From the NCBI GenBank assembly GCA_965262615.1, contig OZ253545.1, forward strand, positions 1,408,001 through 1,472,000: DNA of 64,000 nucleotides, given 5' to 3'. Origin of the DNA: Alphaproteobacteria bacterium (GTDB lineage Bacteria > Pseudomonadota > Alphaproteobacteria > GM7ARS4 > G965262615). This document shows positions 52,764 to 62,131 of the stretch, one piece after another; the first letter of the stretch is position 1; each line of letters begins with the position of its first letter. A program made the position numbers and the translations under genes. The notes beneath the pieces were generated by a model, which worked only from the letters and a program-made list of their open reading frames with translations, was not told where the DNA came from and made no database searches.

Positions 52764-53534
52764 TCAAAATTGATCTTTGTGCTGACGCAAATGTGCCACC
52801 ACATCAGCGGGTGAGCTGTCCGCCATGTGAAGGGTGCGTTTGAATTCATCATCATCGGCGCGCATGTAGGGGTTGCATTGTTTTTCATCGCCCAATCGTG
52901 CGGGAATAGTGGGTTCGTCATCAAGACGCAGCTGCTGTGCCTGTGCTATGCGGTTTTGCAACGCTGTGTTGTCGCCATCCACTTGCAAGGCAAAGACACC
53001 GTTGGCAAGGGTGTATTCATGACCGCAATAAACAAGAGTCTCGTCAGGCAATGACCGCAGACGCGTCATGGTGAGCCAAAGGTCATCGCCGTCACCCTCA
53101 AACAGTCTGCCGCAGCCAAGCGAGAATAAACTGTCGCCGCAAAACAGTGCGGACGCATCGGCAAAATAATACGCCACATGTCCCATCGTGTGCCCAGGCG
53201 TTGCGATAACTCGGACTTTGCTATCCCCCAGCTGCCAGAGGTCATCGTGCTGGACGGGGTGCTGGACGGTGATTCCCATCGCAGCAAGAGCTTCTTGTTC
53301 GGCAGACGGCGCGACAACTCGCGCGCCGTATTGCTGCACCAATGACGGCACGCCCGCCACATGGTCACCATGCCGATGGGTGATGACAATCCAATGCAAC
53401 GGTTCGTCTTGCAAAGCCTCAATGACGGGCTCGGGCTCGGCGGGGTCAACGATTGCCGTTTGTCCGCTTGCCTCATCGCGCACGAGATAGGCATAATTGT
53501 CACTGAGCATCTTGACGATTGTGATGTCCATCAT
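52764..53534 (-). CDS. gloB: Hydroxyacylglutathione hydrolase
   Basis: THRHGDH, TPGHT, GDSLFSLGCGR, HEYT. Confidence 0.95.
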   Translation of the reverse strand: MMDITIVKMLSDNYAYLVRDEASGQTAIVDPAEPEPVIEALQDEPLHWIVITHRHGDHVAGVPSLVQQYGARVVAPSAEQEALAAMGITVQHPVQHDDLWQLGDSKVRVIATPGHTMGHVAYYFADASALFCGDSLFSLGCGRLFEGDGDDLWLTMTRLRSLPDETLVYCGHEYTLANGVFALQVDGDNTALQNRIAQAQQLRLDDEPTIPARLGDEKQCNPYMRADDDEFKRTLHMADSSPADVVAHLRQHKDQF

Positions 53535-53548
53535 GCAGTAATGATGTC

Positions 53549-54151
53549 ATGAATAAGCGATTATTGAAATATGTATTTTTCTTCTGCTTTGGCGTGTTTG
53601 TCATCCAGCCCACAGACGATAGCCGTCCTGTTGTGCTGTCGCCTGATGCCGATATGAAACGCGCCGATGAGACGCGCTTCATTGTGCCTCTTGTTCCCAT
53701 CAAGCCCCTATCTCGTCCTGTTGATGAATCCAGCTTGCGCCAACAAGGCGTTATCACGGCGGAGGCGGGTCGTCTGATTGTGGAACAGGCGTTGGCACAA
53801 GCTCTGCCTGATGATGTGGTGGCGGCACAAAGTCATTATGTTCCCGTTGATAGGGGACGCATTCTCAGAGCCACCCCCAAAGAAGCCATGAAGAATGATG
53901 TGCCACGCGCCCTGGTCGCGCATCGTAGGGTGACGCTGATTTTGACCAAAGAGGGCTCGGGTGAGGTGCTGGGTTTTTATCGTTTGCAAAATGGCGATGC
54001 CTACCTGCCTCCCGATGAGGATGGCTATGGCATTGTCACCGATCGCCTGTCGGCTTTGACCCTGTATGAATATGGCGAGGAGCGTGTGCTTTTTCAAAAC
54101 AACACCAACGATGCCGGCGCGCTGTTTTTCGCAAAAATCTCAAAGGGATAA
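53549..54151 (+). CDS. Hypothetical exported or membrane-anchored protein
   Basis: N-terminal basic + hydrophobic segment; 200-aa ORF. Confidence 0.6.
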   Translation: MNKRLLKYVFFFCFGVFVIQPTDDSRPVVLSPDADMKRADETRFIVPLVPIKPLSRPVDESSLRQQGVITAEAGRLIVEQALAQALPDDVVAAQSHYVPVDRGRILRATPKEAMKNDVPRALVAHRRVTLILTKEGSGEVLGFYRLQNGDAYLPPDEDGYGIVTDRLSALTLYEYGEERVLFQNNTNDAGALFFAKISKG

Positions 54152-54152
54152 T

Positions 54153-54416
54153 TCAGCGCGCACCACTGATACTTCTTAACTTGATGACTTTTCCATCAAA
54201 GGTGTAAAATAACCTGTAGTGGTCACCCTTTATCGCTGTCGAGAACGGAACAACCCACAAATTATCCTTGCCACTGGCTAATTTGCCAAAATGAGGCTCG
54301 GAGCGAAGAACTAAAATAAGACCTCTCAAAGGTGTTGCAAAATCATCCTTGTGGATTTCCGTTAATCTTTCTACTCGTCTTTTAAATTTCTCTTCTAAAT
54401 GAATTTCATAATTCAT
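54153..54416 (-). CDS. Putative RelE/ParE-like toxin
   Basis: 87 aa, basic, P.FG...YRLFY pattern; ATGA-coupled to the antitoxin. Confidence 0.6.
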   Translation of the reverse strand: MNYEIHLEEKFKRRVERLTEIHKDDFATPLRGLILVLRSEPHFGKLASGKDNLWVVPFSTAIKGDHYRLFYTFDGKVIKLRSISGAR

Positions 54417-54982
54417 GCTGCTTCCTCTAAATCTTCTTCTGTCAAATCATCGCTATTCATGACAAAAATAGCCTCATAGGGAATGACATCACCTTGCTTG
54501 AATGCACTCCATGCGGGGTATGTGTGTGATAATGCGGTGACCTCACTTGCGCTCTTGTCTTTGAGCTCCAAAACGATGTCATCAATGAGCATGATTTCAT
54601 CTTTGGTGAAATCACTCATATCTGCTTCTTGCTCATGTTTTATTTTTTTCTGCCCCAACCCGTGATATTTTTCATCTTTGACAGAGCACAAACCCTCCCC
54701 CACCATTTCACTGATGAGAGAATTGATTTTTTGCGGAACGGGACCATTAGGCATGACAAGATACCGATACCATGTAATCGCACTGCGCAATTTCATGAAG
54801 GCAAAGAAATCACAAAAGAACAAAATTTTGTCCAATTTTTTCACGCCAAAAGACGCATCGCTTTCGGACTTTTGCGCGATGTAAAGAATCAGATTTTTCA
54901 TCTTTGCATGGTCGGACTCGTGGCTCTCGCCCACTGACGGTGCTAATATGGCATCCAACAAAGAATTATTTTGCGCGGTCAT
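54413..54982 (-). CDS. Panacea (DUF4065/SocA-like) antitoxin
   Basis: KKLDKILFFCDF, AITW, NGPVP, LSH...W. Confidence 0.82.
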   Translation of the reverse strand: MTAQNNSLLDAILAPSVGESHESDHAKMKNLILYIAQKSESDASFGVKKLDKILFFCDFFAFMKLRSAITWYRYLVMPNGPVPQKINSLISEMVGEGLCSVKDEKYHGLGQKKIKHEQEADMSDFTKDEIMLIDDIVLELKDKSASEVTALSHTYPAWSAFKQGDVIPYEAIFVMNSDDLTEEDLEEAA

Positions 54983-55091
54983 CGTCCATCTCCAGCCCAT
55001 AGATATAAAACACTTTACCATCAAACGCAACAGCGTCACCTGACACCTTTTGACGCACACACATTCATCATTTGGTATCATTTAGGATTAT

Positions 55092-55505
55092 TCAGCGCGC
55101 GTTTTGTATCCTGATGATGTCCTTTTCGTTTTTATTGACCCTTTCGCCAAGCACATGCATTTCGCTCATGTGCACATTGAAACGGTCATCAATGCCGTTG
55201 AGCCTGTTATACATATAACCCATTTGCTGTTCTATGTTGATGAGGCGTTCGCCATGTTCTTCTTGGGTGCGTTTGATGGCAGCCGTATCCTGTTGAATCA
55301 AGGACACATCGCTCTGTATTTTAGCAACATTTGCTTCTATTCTGCTGATATCCTCCCTCATTTCACTGAGATCCATGCGCGGTGCAAAATGCAAAGTGGC
55401 AAGAATCATGGCAAGAAACACAAGACCCAAGGCGACACCGCCGAGAATTGCGTTGTTTCTTTCAATCCAGTTTGCCAATTTACCTGCCACCAACAGCTCA
55501 CTCAT
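55092..55505 (-). CDS. Membrane segment + coiled-coil protein, paralog A
   Basis: GGAGG ribosome-binding site; near-identical to the adjacent paralog with 7 extra residues. Confidence 0.75.
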   Translation of the reverse strand: MSELLVAGKLANWIERNNAILGGVALGLVFLAMILATLHFAPRMDLSEMREDISRIEANVAKIQSDVSLIQQDTAAIKRTQEEHGERLINIEQQMGYMYNRLNGIDDRFNVHMSEMHVLGERVNKNEKDIIRIQNAR

Positions 55506-55620
55506 AGAATCCCTCCGAATACTTAGTGGTAATTTAATATCTTTGATCGGCAAACGCAATAGCGTCACCTGACACCTTTTGACGCACACACATTCGTCAT
55601 TTGGCATCATTTGGCATTAT

Positions 55621-56013
55621 TCAGCGGGCGTTTTGTATCCTGATAATGTCCTTTTCGTTCTTATTGACCCTTTCGCCAAGCACATGCATTTCACTCATGT
55701 GCACATTGAAACGGTCATCAATGCCGTTGAGCCTGTTATACATATAACCCATTTGCTGTTCTATGTTGATGAGGCGTTCGCCGTGTTGTTCTTGGGTGCG
55801 TCTGATGGCAGCCGTATCCTGTTTAACGGAGGATACATCTTGCCGTATTTGAGCAATATCCTCCCTCATTTCACTGAGATCCATGCGCGGTGCAAAATAC
55901 AAGGTGGCAATGATCATGGAAAGAAACACAAGACCCAAGGCGACACCGCCGAGAATTGCGTTGTTTCTTTCAATCCAGTTTGCCAATTTACCTGCCACCA
56001 AAAACTCACTCAT
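55621..56013 (-). CDS. Membrane segment + coiled-coil protein, paralog B
   Basis: Tandem duplicate of 55092-55505. Confidence 0.75.
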   Translation of the reverse strand: MSEFLVAGKLANWIERNNAILGGVALGLVFLSMIIATLYFAPRMDLSEMREDIAQIRQDVSSVKQDTAAIRRTQEQHGERLINIEQQMGYMYNRLNGIDDRFNVHMSEMHVLGERVNKNEKDIIRIQNAR

Positions 56014-56219
56014 AGAATCCCTCCGAATACTTAGTGGCAATATAATCCTTTTCGCCATCAATCGCAATAGTCACTTGACACCCTTGAATTCGCGCCCATT
56101 TATCTTTTGCGATGGGGGGGATTTTTATAAAACTTTTAGTTGTATTTATGTGAGATGTGGTGTATGATGAGTGCCATGACCCACCTTGATTTTTATCGCG
56201 TTTTATCACACCATCACTG

Positions 56220-56348
56220 TGTCGAGACAAGACACCCACTGAGGTTGGGTGTCCCATTGAATACAACACCCAACGGCTTGCCGTCAGTGCGAGCTGCGGC
56301 TGGCTTATGGGAAATAGGTGGGGATGCGACAGTGTCTTGTGCTCGACA
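56220..56348 (+). ncRNA. Unassigned structured RNA, copy 1
   Basis: Closing stem TGTCGAG-ACAAGACAC / GTGTCTTGT-G-CTCGACA, 9-bp inner hairpin, GCGA tetraloop. Confidence 0.75.
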
Positions 56349-56493
56349 ACACCCAATCAATGGGTGTTTCAGCGAAACAGGAGCTGTGCCGTGAAAACAC
56401 AACCTTGGTGGATGATTGTTTGTCTAAGGTGGGGTGCGTGATGAGTGTCATGACCCATCTTGATTTTTGCCGTGTTTTATCACACCATCACTG

Positions 56494-56622
56494 TGCCGAT
56501 ACAGAACACCCACCTCGGTTGGGTGTCTCGCTAAATACAATACCCAGCCGCTTGTCATCAGCGAAAGCTACGGCTTGCCTACGGGAAATAAGCGGGGATA
56601 CTACAGTGTTCTGTTATCGGCA
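56494..56622 (+). ncRNA. Unassigned structured RNA, copy 2
   Basis: Closing stem TGCCGATACAGAACAC / GTGTTCTGTTATCGGCA, GAAA tetraloop. Confidence 0.75.
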
Positions 56623-56766
56623 ACGCCCAATCAATGGGTGTTTCAGCGAAACAGGAGCTGTGCCGTGAGAACACAACCTTGGTGGATGATTGTTTGTCTA
56701 AGGTGGGGTGCATGATGATTCTCATGACCCGCCTTGATTTTTGTCGTGTTTTATCACACTATCTTT

Positions 56767-56896
56767 TTACGGAAAGTGGAACGCCCACTAGGGTTGGGTG
56801 TCCCACCAAATACAACACCCAACGGCTTGCCGACAGTGCAAGCTGTCACTGCCTATGGGAAATAGGTGGGGAGACAAAGCGTTTCACTTTCCGTAA
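56767..56896 (+). ncRNA. Unassigned structured RNA, copy 3
   Basis: 18-bp closing stem TTACGGAAAGTGGAACGC / GCGTTTCACTTTCCGTAA, GCAA tetraloop. Confidence 0.75.
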
Positions 56897-56944
56897 CACC
56901 CAATCACTGGGTGCTATCTTGAAGAGTGAAACAGGAGCTTTGTT

Positions 56945-57388
56945 GTGAAAACACAACCTTGGTGGATTGTTTTTTGTTTCGTATTGGTCATCACATCGGC
57001 TCATGGCGATGGCACGGTTATGAAGTATCCTATCTCGGCGCGCGCCATGCGGGTCATTGATGGTGACAGCATCGTCATCTCGGCACACCTTTGGCTCAAT
57101 CTCTATCAAGAAACCGTTTTGCGTCTTGCCCATGTGGATGCTCCCGAACTCAGAGGCAAGTGTCCCGAAGAAAAAGTCAAAGCCGAAGAAGCGTTGCGAT
57201 TCGTCAAACAATGGCTTGAAGGCAGCGACACGCTGACCATTCATGATATCAAACAAGGCAAATTCGGCGGACGGGTCGTGGGACGCATCACCAACGAACG
57301 CAATGAAGACTTAGGACAATTGCTGCTGGCAAGACAACTGGCGCATCCCTACACAGGAGAACGCCGCCGCAGCTGGTGTGTTTCGTGA
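56945..57388 (+). CDS. Thermonuclease (SNase)-family protein with a signal peptide
   Basis: RVIDGDS, LRLAHVDAPE, KFGGRVV, DLGQLLL...LA..Y. Confidence 0.9.
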   Translation: MKTQPWWIVFCFVLVITSAHGDGTVMKYPISARAMRVIDGDSIVISAHLWLNLYQETVLRLAHVDAPELRGKCPEEKVKAEEALRFVKQWLEGSDTLTIHDIKQGKFGGRVVGRITNERNEDLGQLLLARQLAHPYTGERRRSWCVS

Positions 57389-57396
57389 AAACATTT

Positions 57397-57440
57397 AATG
57401 ATGACCAATTCATCATTTCATCATTTCATCATTTCATCAT
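57397..57440. repeat. (TTCATCAT)x4 with an upstream complementary AATGATGA; possible terminator between convergent genes
   Basis: Read directly. Confidence 0.55.
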
Positions 57441-59377
57441 GATAAGTTTTTGTGTCCTTTAATGAGATCTTCCACCACTGAGGGGTCGGCAAGAGTGGAA
57501 GTATCCCCGAGCTCGTCATATTCATGGGCGGCGATTTTACGCAAAATGCGCCGCATAATCTTGCCGGATCGCGTCTTGGGCAAGCCCGAAGCCCACTGAA
57601 TCACCTCAGGGGCGGCAAAAGCTCCAATGGCTTTACGCACATCCTGCACCAATTGCTGACGCAGCTCGTCATCGCCCTCAACGCCCGCCATGGGGGTGAC
57701 ATAGGCATAAATCGCCTGCCCCTTGACATCATGCGGCGCACCCACAACGGCAGCTTCCGCGATGGAATCATGCGCCACCATCGCCGATTCCACCTCAGCC
57801 GTGCCAATGCGATGACCGGACACATTGATGACATCATCCATCCTGCCGGTAATCCAGTAATAACCATCCTTGTCGCGCCGACAGCCATCACCCGAAAAAT
57901 AGTAGCCCTTGTAGGTGGAAAAATACACCTGCTCAAAGCGGGCATGATCCCGATAAACAGTCCGCATCATACCGGGCCACGGCTCCTTGATACAAAGCCC
58001 GCCGCGACACTCCCCTTCCAGTTCCTTGCCGTCACTATCCACAATGACCGGCTTGACGCCAAAAAACGGCAGTGTCGCCGACCCCGCCTTCAACGGCACA
58101 GCTCCCGCGAGCGGCGTAATCAGAATGCCGCCCGTTTCCGTCTGCCACCATGTGTCCACAATGGGGCAGCGTCCATCGCCCACCGTGTGATAATACCACT
58201 CCCACGCCTCAGGATTGATGGGTTCTCCCACCGACCCCAACAGACGCAATGAACTGCGTTTGCACGATTGCACCCACTTGTCACCCTCACGCATCAAGGC
58301 ACGAATGGCGGTGGGCGCGGTGTAGAAAATGCTCACTTTGTGTTTATCCACCACCTGCCAAAAACGCGAGGCATCAGGATAATTGGGCACGCCCTCAAAC
58401 ATCAGCGTGGTCGCCCCATTGGCAAGAGGCCCATACACAATGTAACTATGACCCGTCACCCATCCCACATCGGCGGTGCACCAGTAGATGTCACCCTCTT
58501 GGTAATCAAAAACATATTTGAAGGTCATGGAGGCATAGAGCAGGTATCCGCCTGTGGTGTGCAAAACGCCTTTGGGCTTGCCGGTAGAACCTGATGTGTA
58601 AAGAATAAACAGCGGGTCTTCGGCATTCATGGGCTCTGGAGGACAGTCGGTGCTGGCGGCATCCACGAGAGTTGTATAATCCACATCGCGCCCCTCTTGC
58701 CAATTGATGTCCCCTCCCGTTCGTTTGAACACAACCACATGTTTGACTTGAGGACACTGCTTGAGAGCCTCATCGGTATTGGCTTTGAGAGGAATAGCCC
58801 GTCCGCCGCGCACCCCCTCATCCGCCGTGATGACATAGTGGGAATCGCAATCGTTAATGCGTCCCGCAAGAGAATCAGGGGCAAAGCCGCCAAACACCAC
58901 CGAATGAATCGCGCCAATACGAGTGCATGCCAGCATCGCCACCGCCGCCTCCACCACCATCGGCATGTAGATGGTCACGCGATCGCCCTTGCTCACGCCC
59001 AACGACTTCAATCCATTGGCAAGACGGCACACCTTTTCATGCAATTGCCGATAGGTGATGTGACAATCATCGCTGGGCTCATCCCCCTCATGAATGATGG
59101 CAATCTCATCGCCTCGTGTCGCCAAGTGGCGATCCACACAATTGGCACAGACATTCAGCACCCCGTCTTCAAACCAACGGACATGCACTGCGTCACCAAA
59201 CGAAAAATCTCGCACTTTTGTAAAGGGCTTCATCCAATCCAGACGCTGCATCGCCTGTTTGCGCCAGAAGTTCTCGGTGTCACCCACAGATTCTTCATAC
59301 AAGGCGGCGCGCTCAGAGCCATTGATGAGAGCCTTTGCTTCCCACTCTTTTTTCACAGGATATGTGTGGTCGTTCAT
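57437..59377 (-). CDS. acs: Acetyl-CoA synthetase
   Basis: [27 protein letters not shown]. Confidence 0.98.
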   Translation of the reverse strand: MNDHTYPVKKEWEAKALINGSERAALYEESVGDTENFWRKQAMQRLDWMKPFTKVRDFSFGDAVHVRWFEDGVLNVCANCVDRHLATRGDEIAIIHEGDEPSDDCHITYRQLHEKVCRLANGLKSLGVSKGDRVTIYMPMVVEAAVAMLACTRIGAIHSVVFGGFAPDSLAGRINDCDSHYVITADEGVRGGRAIPLKANTDEALKQCPQVKHVVVFKRTGGDINWQEGRDVDYTTLVDAASTDCPPEPMNAEDPLFILYTSGSTGKPKGVLHTTGGYLLYASMTFKYVFDYQEGDIYWCTADVGWVTGHSYIVYGPLANGATTLMFEGVPNYPDASRFWQVVDKHKVSIFYTAPTAIRALMREGDKWVQSCKRSSLRLLGSVGEPINPEAWEWYYHTVGDGRCPIVDTWWQTETGGILITPLAGAVPLKAGSATLPFFGVKPVIVDSDGKELEGECRGGLCIKEPWPGMMRTVYRDHARFEQVYFSTYKGYYFSGDGCRRDKDGYYWITGRMDDVINVSGHRIGTAEVESAMVAHDSIAEAAVVGAPHDVKGQAIYAYVTPMAGVEGDDELRQQLVQDVRKAIGAFAAPEVIQWASGLPKTRSGKIMRRILRKIAAHEYDELGDTSTLADPSVVEDLIKGHKNLS

Positions 59378-59405
59378 GGTGCTATCCTAGCACAAAAATT
59401 ATCCA

Positions 59406-59678
59406 TCACAAAGTGACTTTATACGCGATGATTCGCACATCGCTAAAAACGCCCGCCACAGAGTAAGGGTCGTGAGAGATGAAAGACTCCGCATCCTCAC
59501 GAGAATCGCAATCAATAATAATGAGACTGCCAATCACATCGCCATTCTCATTGAGCTGAGGCCCTGCGGTGAGAATGCTCGCTCTCCGCGTGTTCAAATG
59601 GGCAAGGTGTTGGTCTCTGATTTGTGAGCGCAACTGCTGTCCCTGCTCGCCGTCACGACAATCAATGATAAAATGCAT
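59406..59678 (-). CDS. YciI-family protein
   Basis: R..HLAHL, AGP, GSLII, DPY. Confidence 0.88.
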   Translation of the reverse strand: MHFIIDCRDGEQGQQLRSQIRDQHLAHLNTRRASILTAGPQLNENGDVIGSLIIIDCDSREDAESFISHDPYSVAGVFSDVRIIAYKVTL

Positions 59679-59694
59679 GGCTTCCTCCTGCGGG

Positions 59695-60674
59695 TCATTC
59701 GGTGGTAAAGGGTCTCTCCAACAATTCATGCATCACATTCTCCACAGATGCATCACGGTACAAAATATCGGCAATGCCCTGAATCAGTGGAGCTGAAATA
59801 TGACCTGTTGTGGCTCTTTTTTCAATACTGAGCACACTGTGAAATCCCTCACAGACTCCCGACACTTTTTGCAAGGCATCGGTGATGCTCAAGCCCTGTC
59901 CAATGTGAAATCCCAGTTGCCAATTGCGCGAGAGGGGCGAATAGGCGGTGAGACACAAATCACCGTATCCTGCGAGGCCGCTCATGGTTTCTTTTTTTGC
60001 GCCCAGAGCCACCGCCAGACGCATCATCTCCACCTGCGCTCGTGTGATGAATGCGGCGCGCGCATTATCTCCCCACCCGCGCCCTCAATGATGGCAGCCC
60101 CAACGGCAAAGACATTTTTCATCGCCCCTCCCAGCGCACACCCCAGAGGGTCATCACTGCCATAGAGGCGAAAAAACTTATGCCCCAATTGATTGACCAA
60201 ATTCAATGACTGAGACATGGTGTCCGCCGCCAGCAGTGAGGCGGTCGGCAATGATTGTGCCACCTCGTGAGCAAGATTGGGTCCCGACAACACCGCCACC
60301 TGTCCTTGCAAATGCCGCCTGACCATCTCATAGGGCAGTGCGCCATCATGCATGCCTTTGGTGCAAAGAATGTAGCTGCGGGATTTTGCATCATGAGGCG
60401 ACAGCTGCGTGATGGTGGATGTTAAATGGGTGGTGGGCACCGCCAGCAAACAATGCGCCGCCATTGAGACTGATTCCAGTGAGTGCGTCACCTCCACAGA
60501 GGCGGGCAAAGCATGGTTGGGCAGACGCTTGTTATTGACTCGTTCCTCACCAATGGCTTTGGCGCGCGCGAACGACGATGCCACCAAAGTGACAGGATGA
60601 TGCTGCCCCAGCGTCATGGCAAGGGCAGTTCCCCACGCACCCGCGCCAACAATGACAAGAGACGGTGCACTCAT
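59695..60674 (-). pseudogene. gpsA: NAD(P)H-dependent glycerol-3-phosphate dehydrogenase with a 1-nt frameshift near 60075 (or a sequence error)
   Basis: GAGAWGTA, LSGPNLA and GGAMKN in one frame; GDNARAA, GLAGYGDL and SRN in another. Confidence 0.8.
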
Positions 60675-60776
60675 GATGTCATGGTGCATATTTTGACGCG
60701 TCTTGCAATCAATCACGAACTTTTGTGGTGCTAGCGTCACCAACAAGATGACATCACCATCCAACGAGAGGATACC

Positions 60777-62087
60777 ATGATTCAGAACATCTATAACAAA
60801 CTGGAGCTTCATCGCTTCACCAATGCGGCAAACGCCCGAGGTGCCGCCGACAACGCCCCTCTCAAACCCGAAACACGGAAAATGAGATTGAAGCTGTTTG
60901 GAACACGAATCGCTAATTTTTTCACCTTTCGCTCCTTTCGCGGACGCGACTGGCAGTCACAAAAGGATTTGGCTCTGTATAATTCCTTTCAGAATGCCCT
61001 CAAAACAAATTTCAGCGAGACCTCCAATACCCAAGATGTGCTCGCTGTTTTGAGTAAACATCATGTGGTGCGATCGCGCAGACCCACTGTGGCACAAGCG
61101 CGTGAAGTCATTCGTGAATTAGAATTGAAAGACCGCAGAGTCAAAAATGAACTGGGACTTCTCAATGACCCCAACGGTAGAGAAGGCAAAGACAATCCCA
61201 GCTACACAGGAGTCGTTTCATCACGCAGTGGCAGCTCAACACCTCTGACCGAAGCCCTCTATGAAACGCTTCCCGCACACAGCAATAGCGGCGATGGTGA
61301 CTATTCCACCATTCCCGACCAGCCGCAAGAAGAAGGACTCTATGCCACCGTCAGAGATACCGACCAAAGACGCGGCGTCAATGTGGGCGAAGGAATGAAC
61401 AACATCGGCTATACCGGTGAGATGAGATCTCCGCCGCGTCAACGCTCCAGAAGTGTGGGCAGTGAGTCATCGGTTGACAATCATACCTACGCCACCGTGA
61501 AACCCAAAAGCCAAAGAGGCGGCAACCGTGCGGCAGTGGACAACAGTTCAGAGGATATCTACTCTCAGCCGACCAACCAGCCTCGCCCGAGTCGCGCTCG
61601 TGTGGCAAATAAAGCTCGCAGAGGTCAAATGCGTAACAGACCCCTTCCTCCCGAACCCACATACGATCATATTGAGCGCGATGGTGCAGTCAGAGGCAGC
61701 AGCACAGCGAGCGAGGGTCCCTACGCCACCCTGCGCCAAGACAGCACCGCCAGCGATTATGAAACACCCGTCTCCAATCGCAGCCAAAGCCAGCAAAATA
61801 TCGCGAGCGATTACGAAGCTCCGATCGCCACTCGTGGCAGAAGCAAAAGCGACAGCAACATTTATGAAACCCCCATTGATGGACTAAGATCTTCCCAGCG
61901 CCGAGGCAGCCAAACCATTTATGATGTCCCCCCTGATGCTCAACAACAAGAAAATCCTTATGACAATCCGTGGGGGCAAAGGTCTGAGGCTCTCAACAGA
62001 GGCATCGCCGCCAATAAAGCCAAAAAAGCCGCAGACACCGCACGAGCTCAAGCGGCGCGCAGCAAACCCAAGACCCAAGACACCTGA
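60777..62087 (+). CDS. Candidate secreted effector with many Tyr-phosphorylation-like motifs
   Basis: Low-complexity S/R/D/Q-rich tail with LYETL, DYSTI, LYATV, TYATV, IYSQP, TYDHI, PYATL, DYETP, DYEAP, IYETP, IYDVP, PYDNP and RPLPPEP. Confidence 0.7.
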   Translation: MIQNIYNKLELHRFTNAANARGAADNAPLKPETRKMRLKLFGTRIANFFTFRSFRGRDWQSQKDLALYNSFQNALKTNFSETSNTQDVLAVLSKHHVVRSRRPTVAQAREVIRELELKDRRVKNELGLLNDPNGREGKDNPSYTGVVSSRSGSSTPLTEALYETLPAHSNSGDGDYSTIPDQPQEEGLYATVRDTDQRRGVNVGEGMNNIGYTGEMRSPPRQRSRSVGSESSVDNHTYATVKPKSQRGGNRAAVDNSSEDIYSQPTNQPRPSRARVANKARRGQMRNRPLPPEPTYDHIERDGAVRGSSTASEGPYATLRQDSTASDYETPVSNRSQSQQNIASDYEAPIATRGRSKSDSNIYETPIDGLRSSQRRGSQTIYDVPPDAQQQENPYDNPWGQRSEALNRGIAANKAKKAADTARAQAARSKPKTQDT

Positions 62088-62131
62088 AGTAAAGACTTGG
62101 CTGGAGGGCATCATTGGGTTACATGACAAGG

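Larger units (their letters stand above)
56150..56970 (+). repeat. Three tandem 274-bp units (promoter-like element, structured RNA, hairpin, ribosome-binding site and start of the nuclease gene)
   Basis: TTGATT at 56186, 56460 and 56734; AGGAG...GTGA(A/G)AACACAACCTTGGTGG in all three units. Confidence 0.93.

Noticed and set aside
55551-55575. Sigma54 promoter in the repeated upstream element
   Set aside because: GG-N10-GC spacing is present on the minus strand, but the -24 element does not match TGGCAC
56150-56970. CRISPR array, retron ncRNA, cobalamin riboswitch or protein-coding repeats
   Set aside because: The units are homologous throughout, no reverse transcriptase is nearby, only GGGAA-N3-GGTG resembles the cobalamin motif and it is not kept in copy 2, and the overlapping ORFs differ in extent between units
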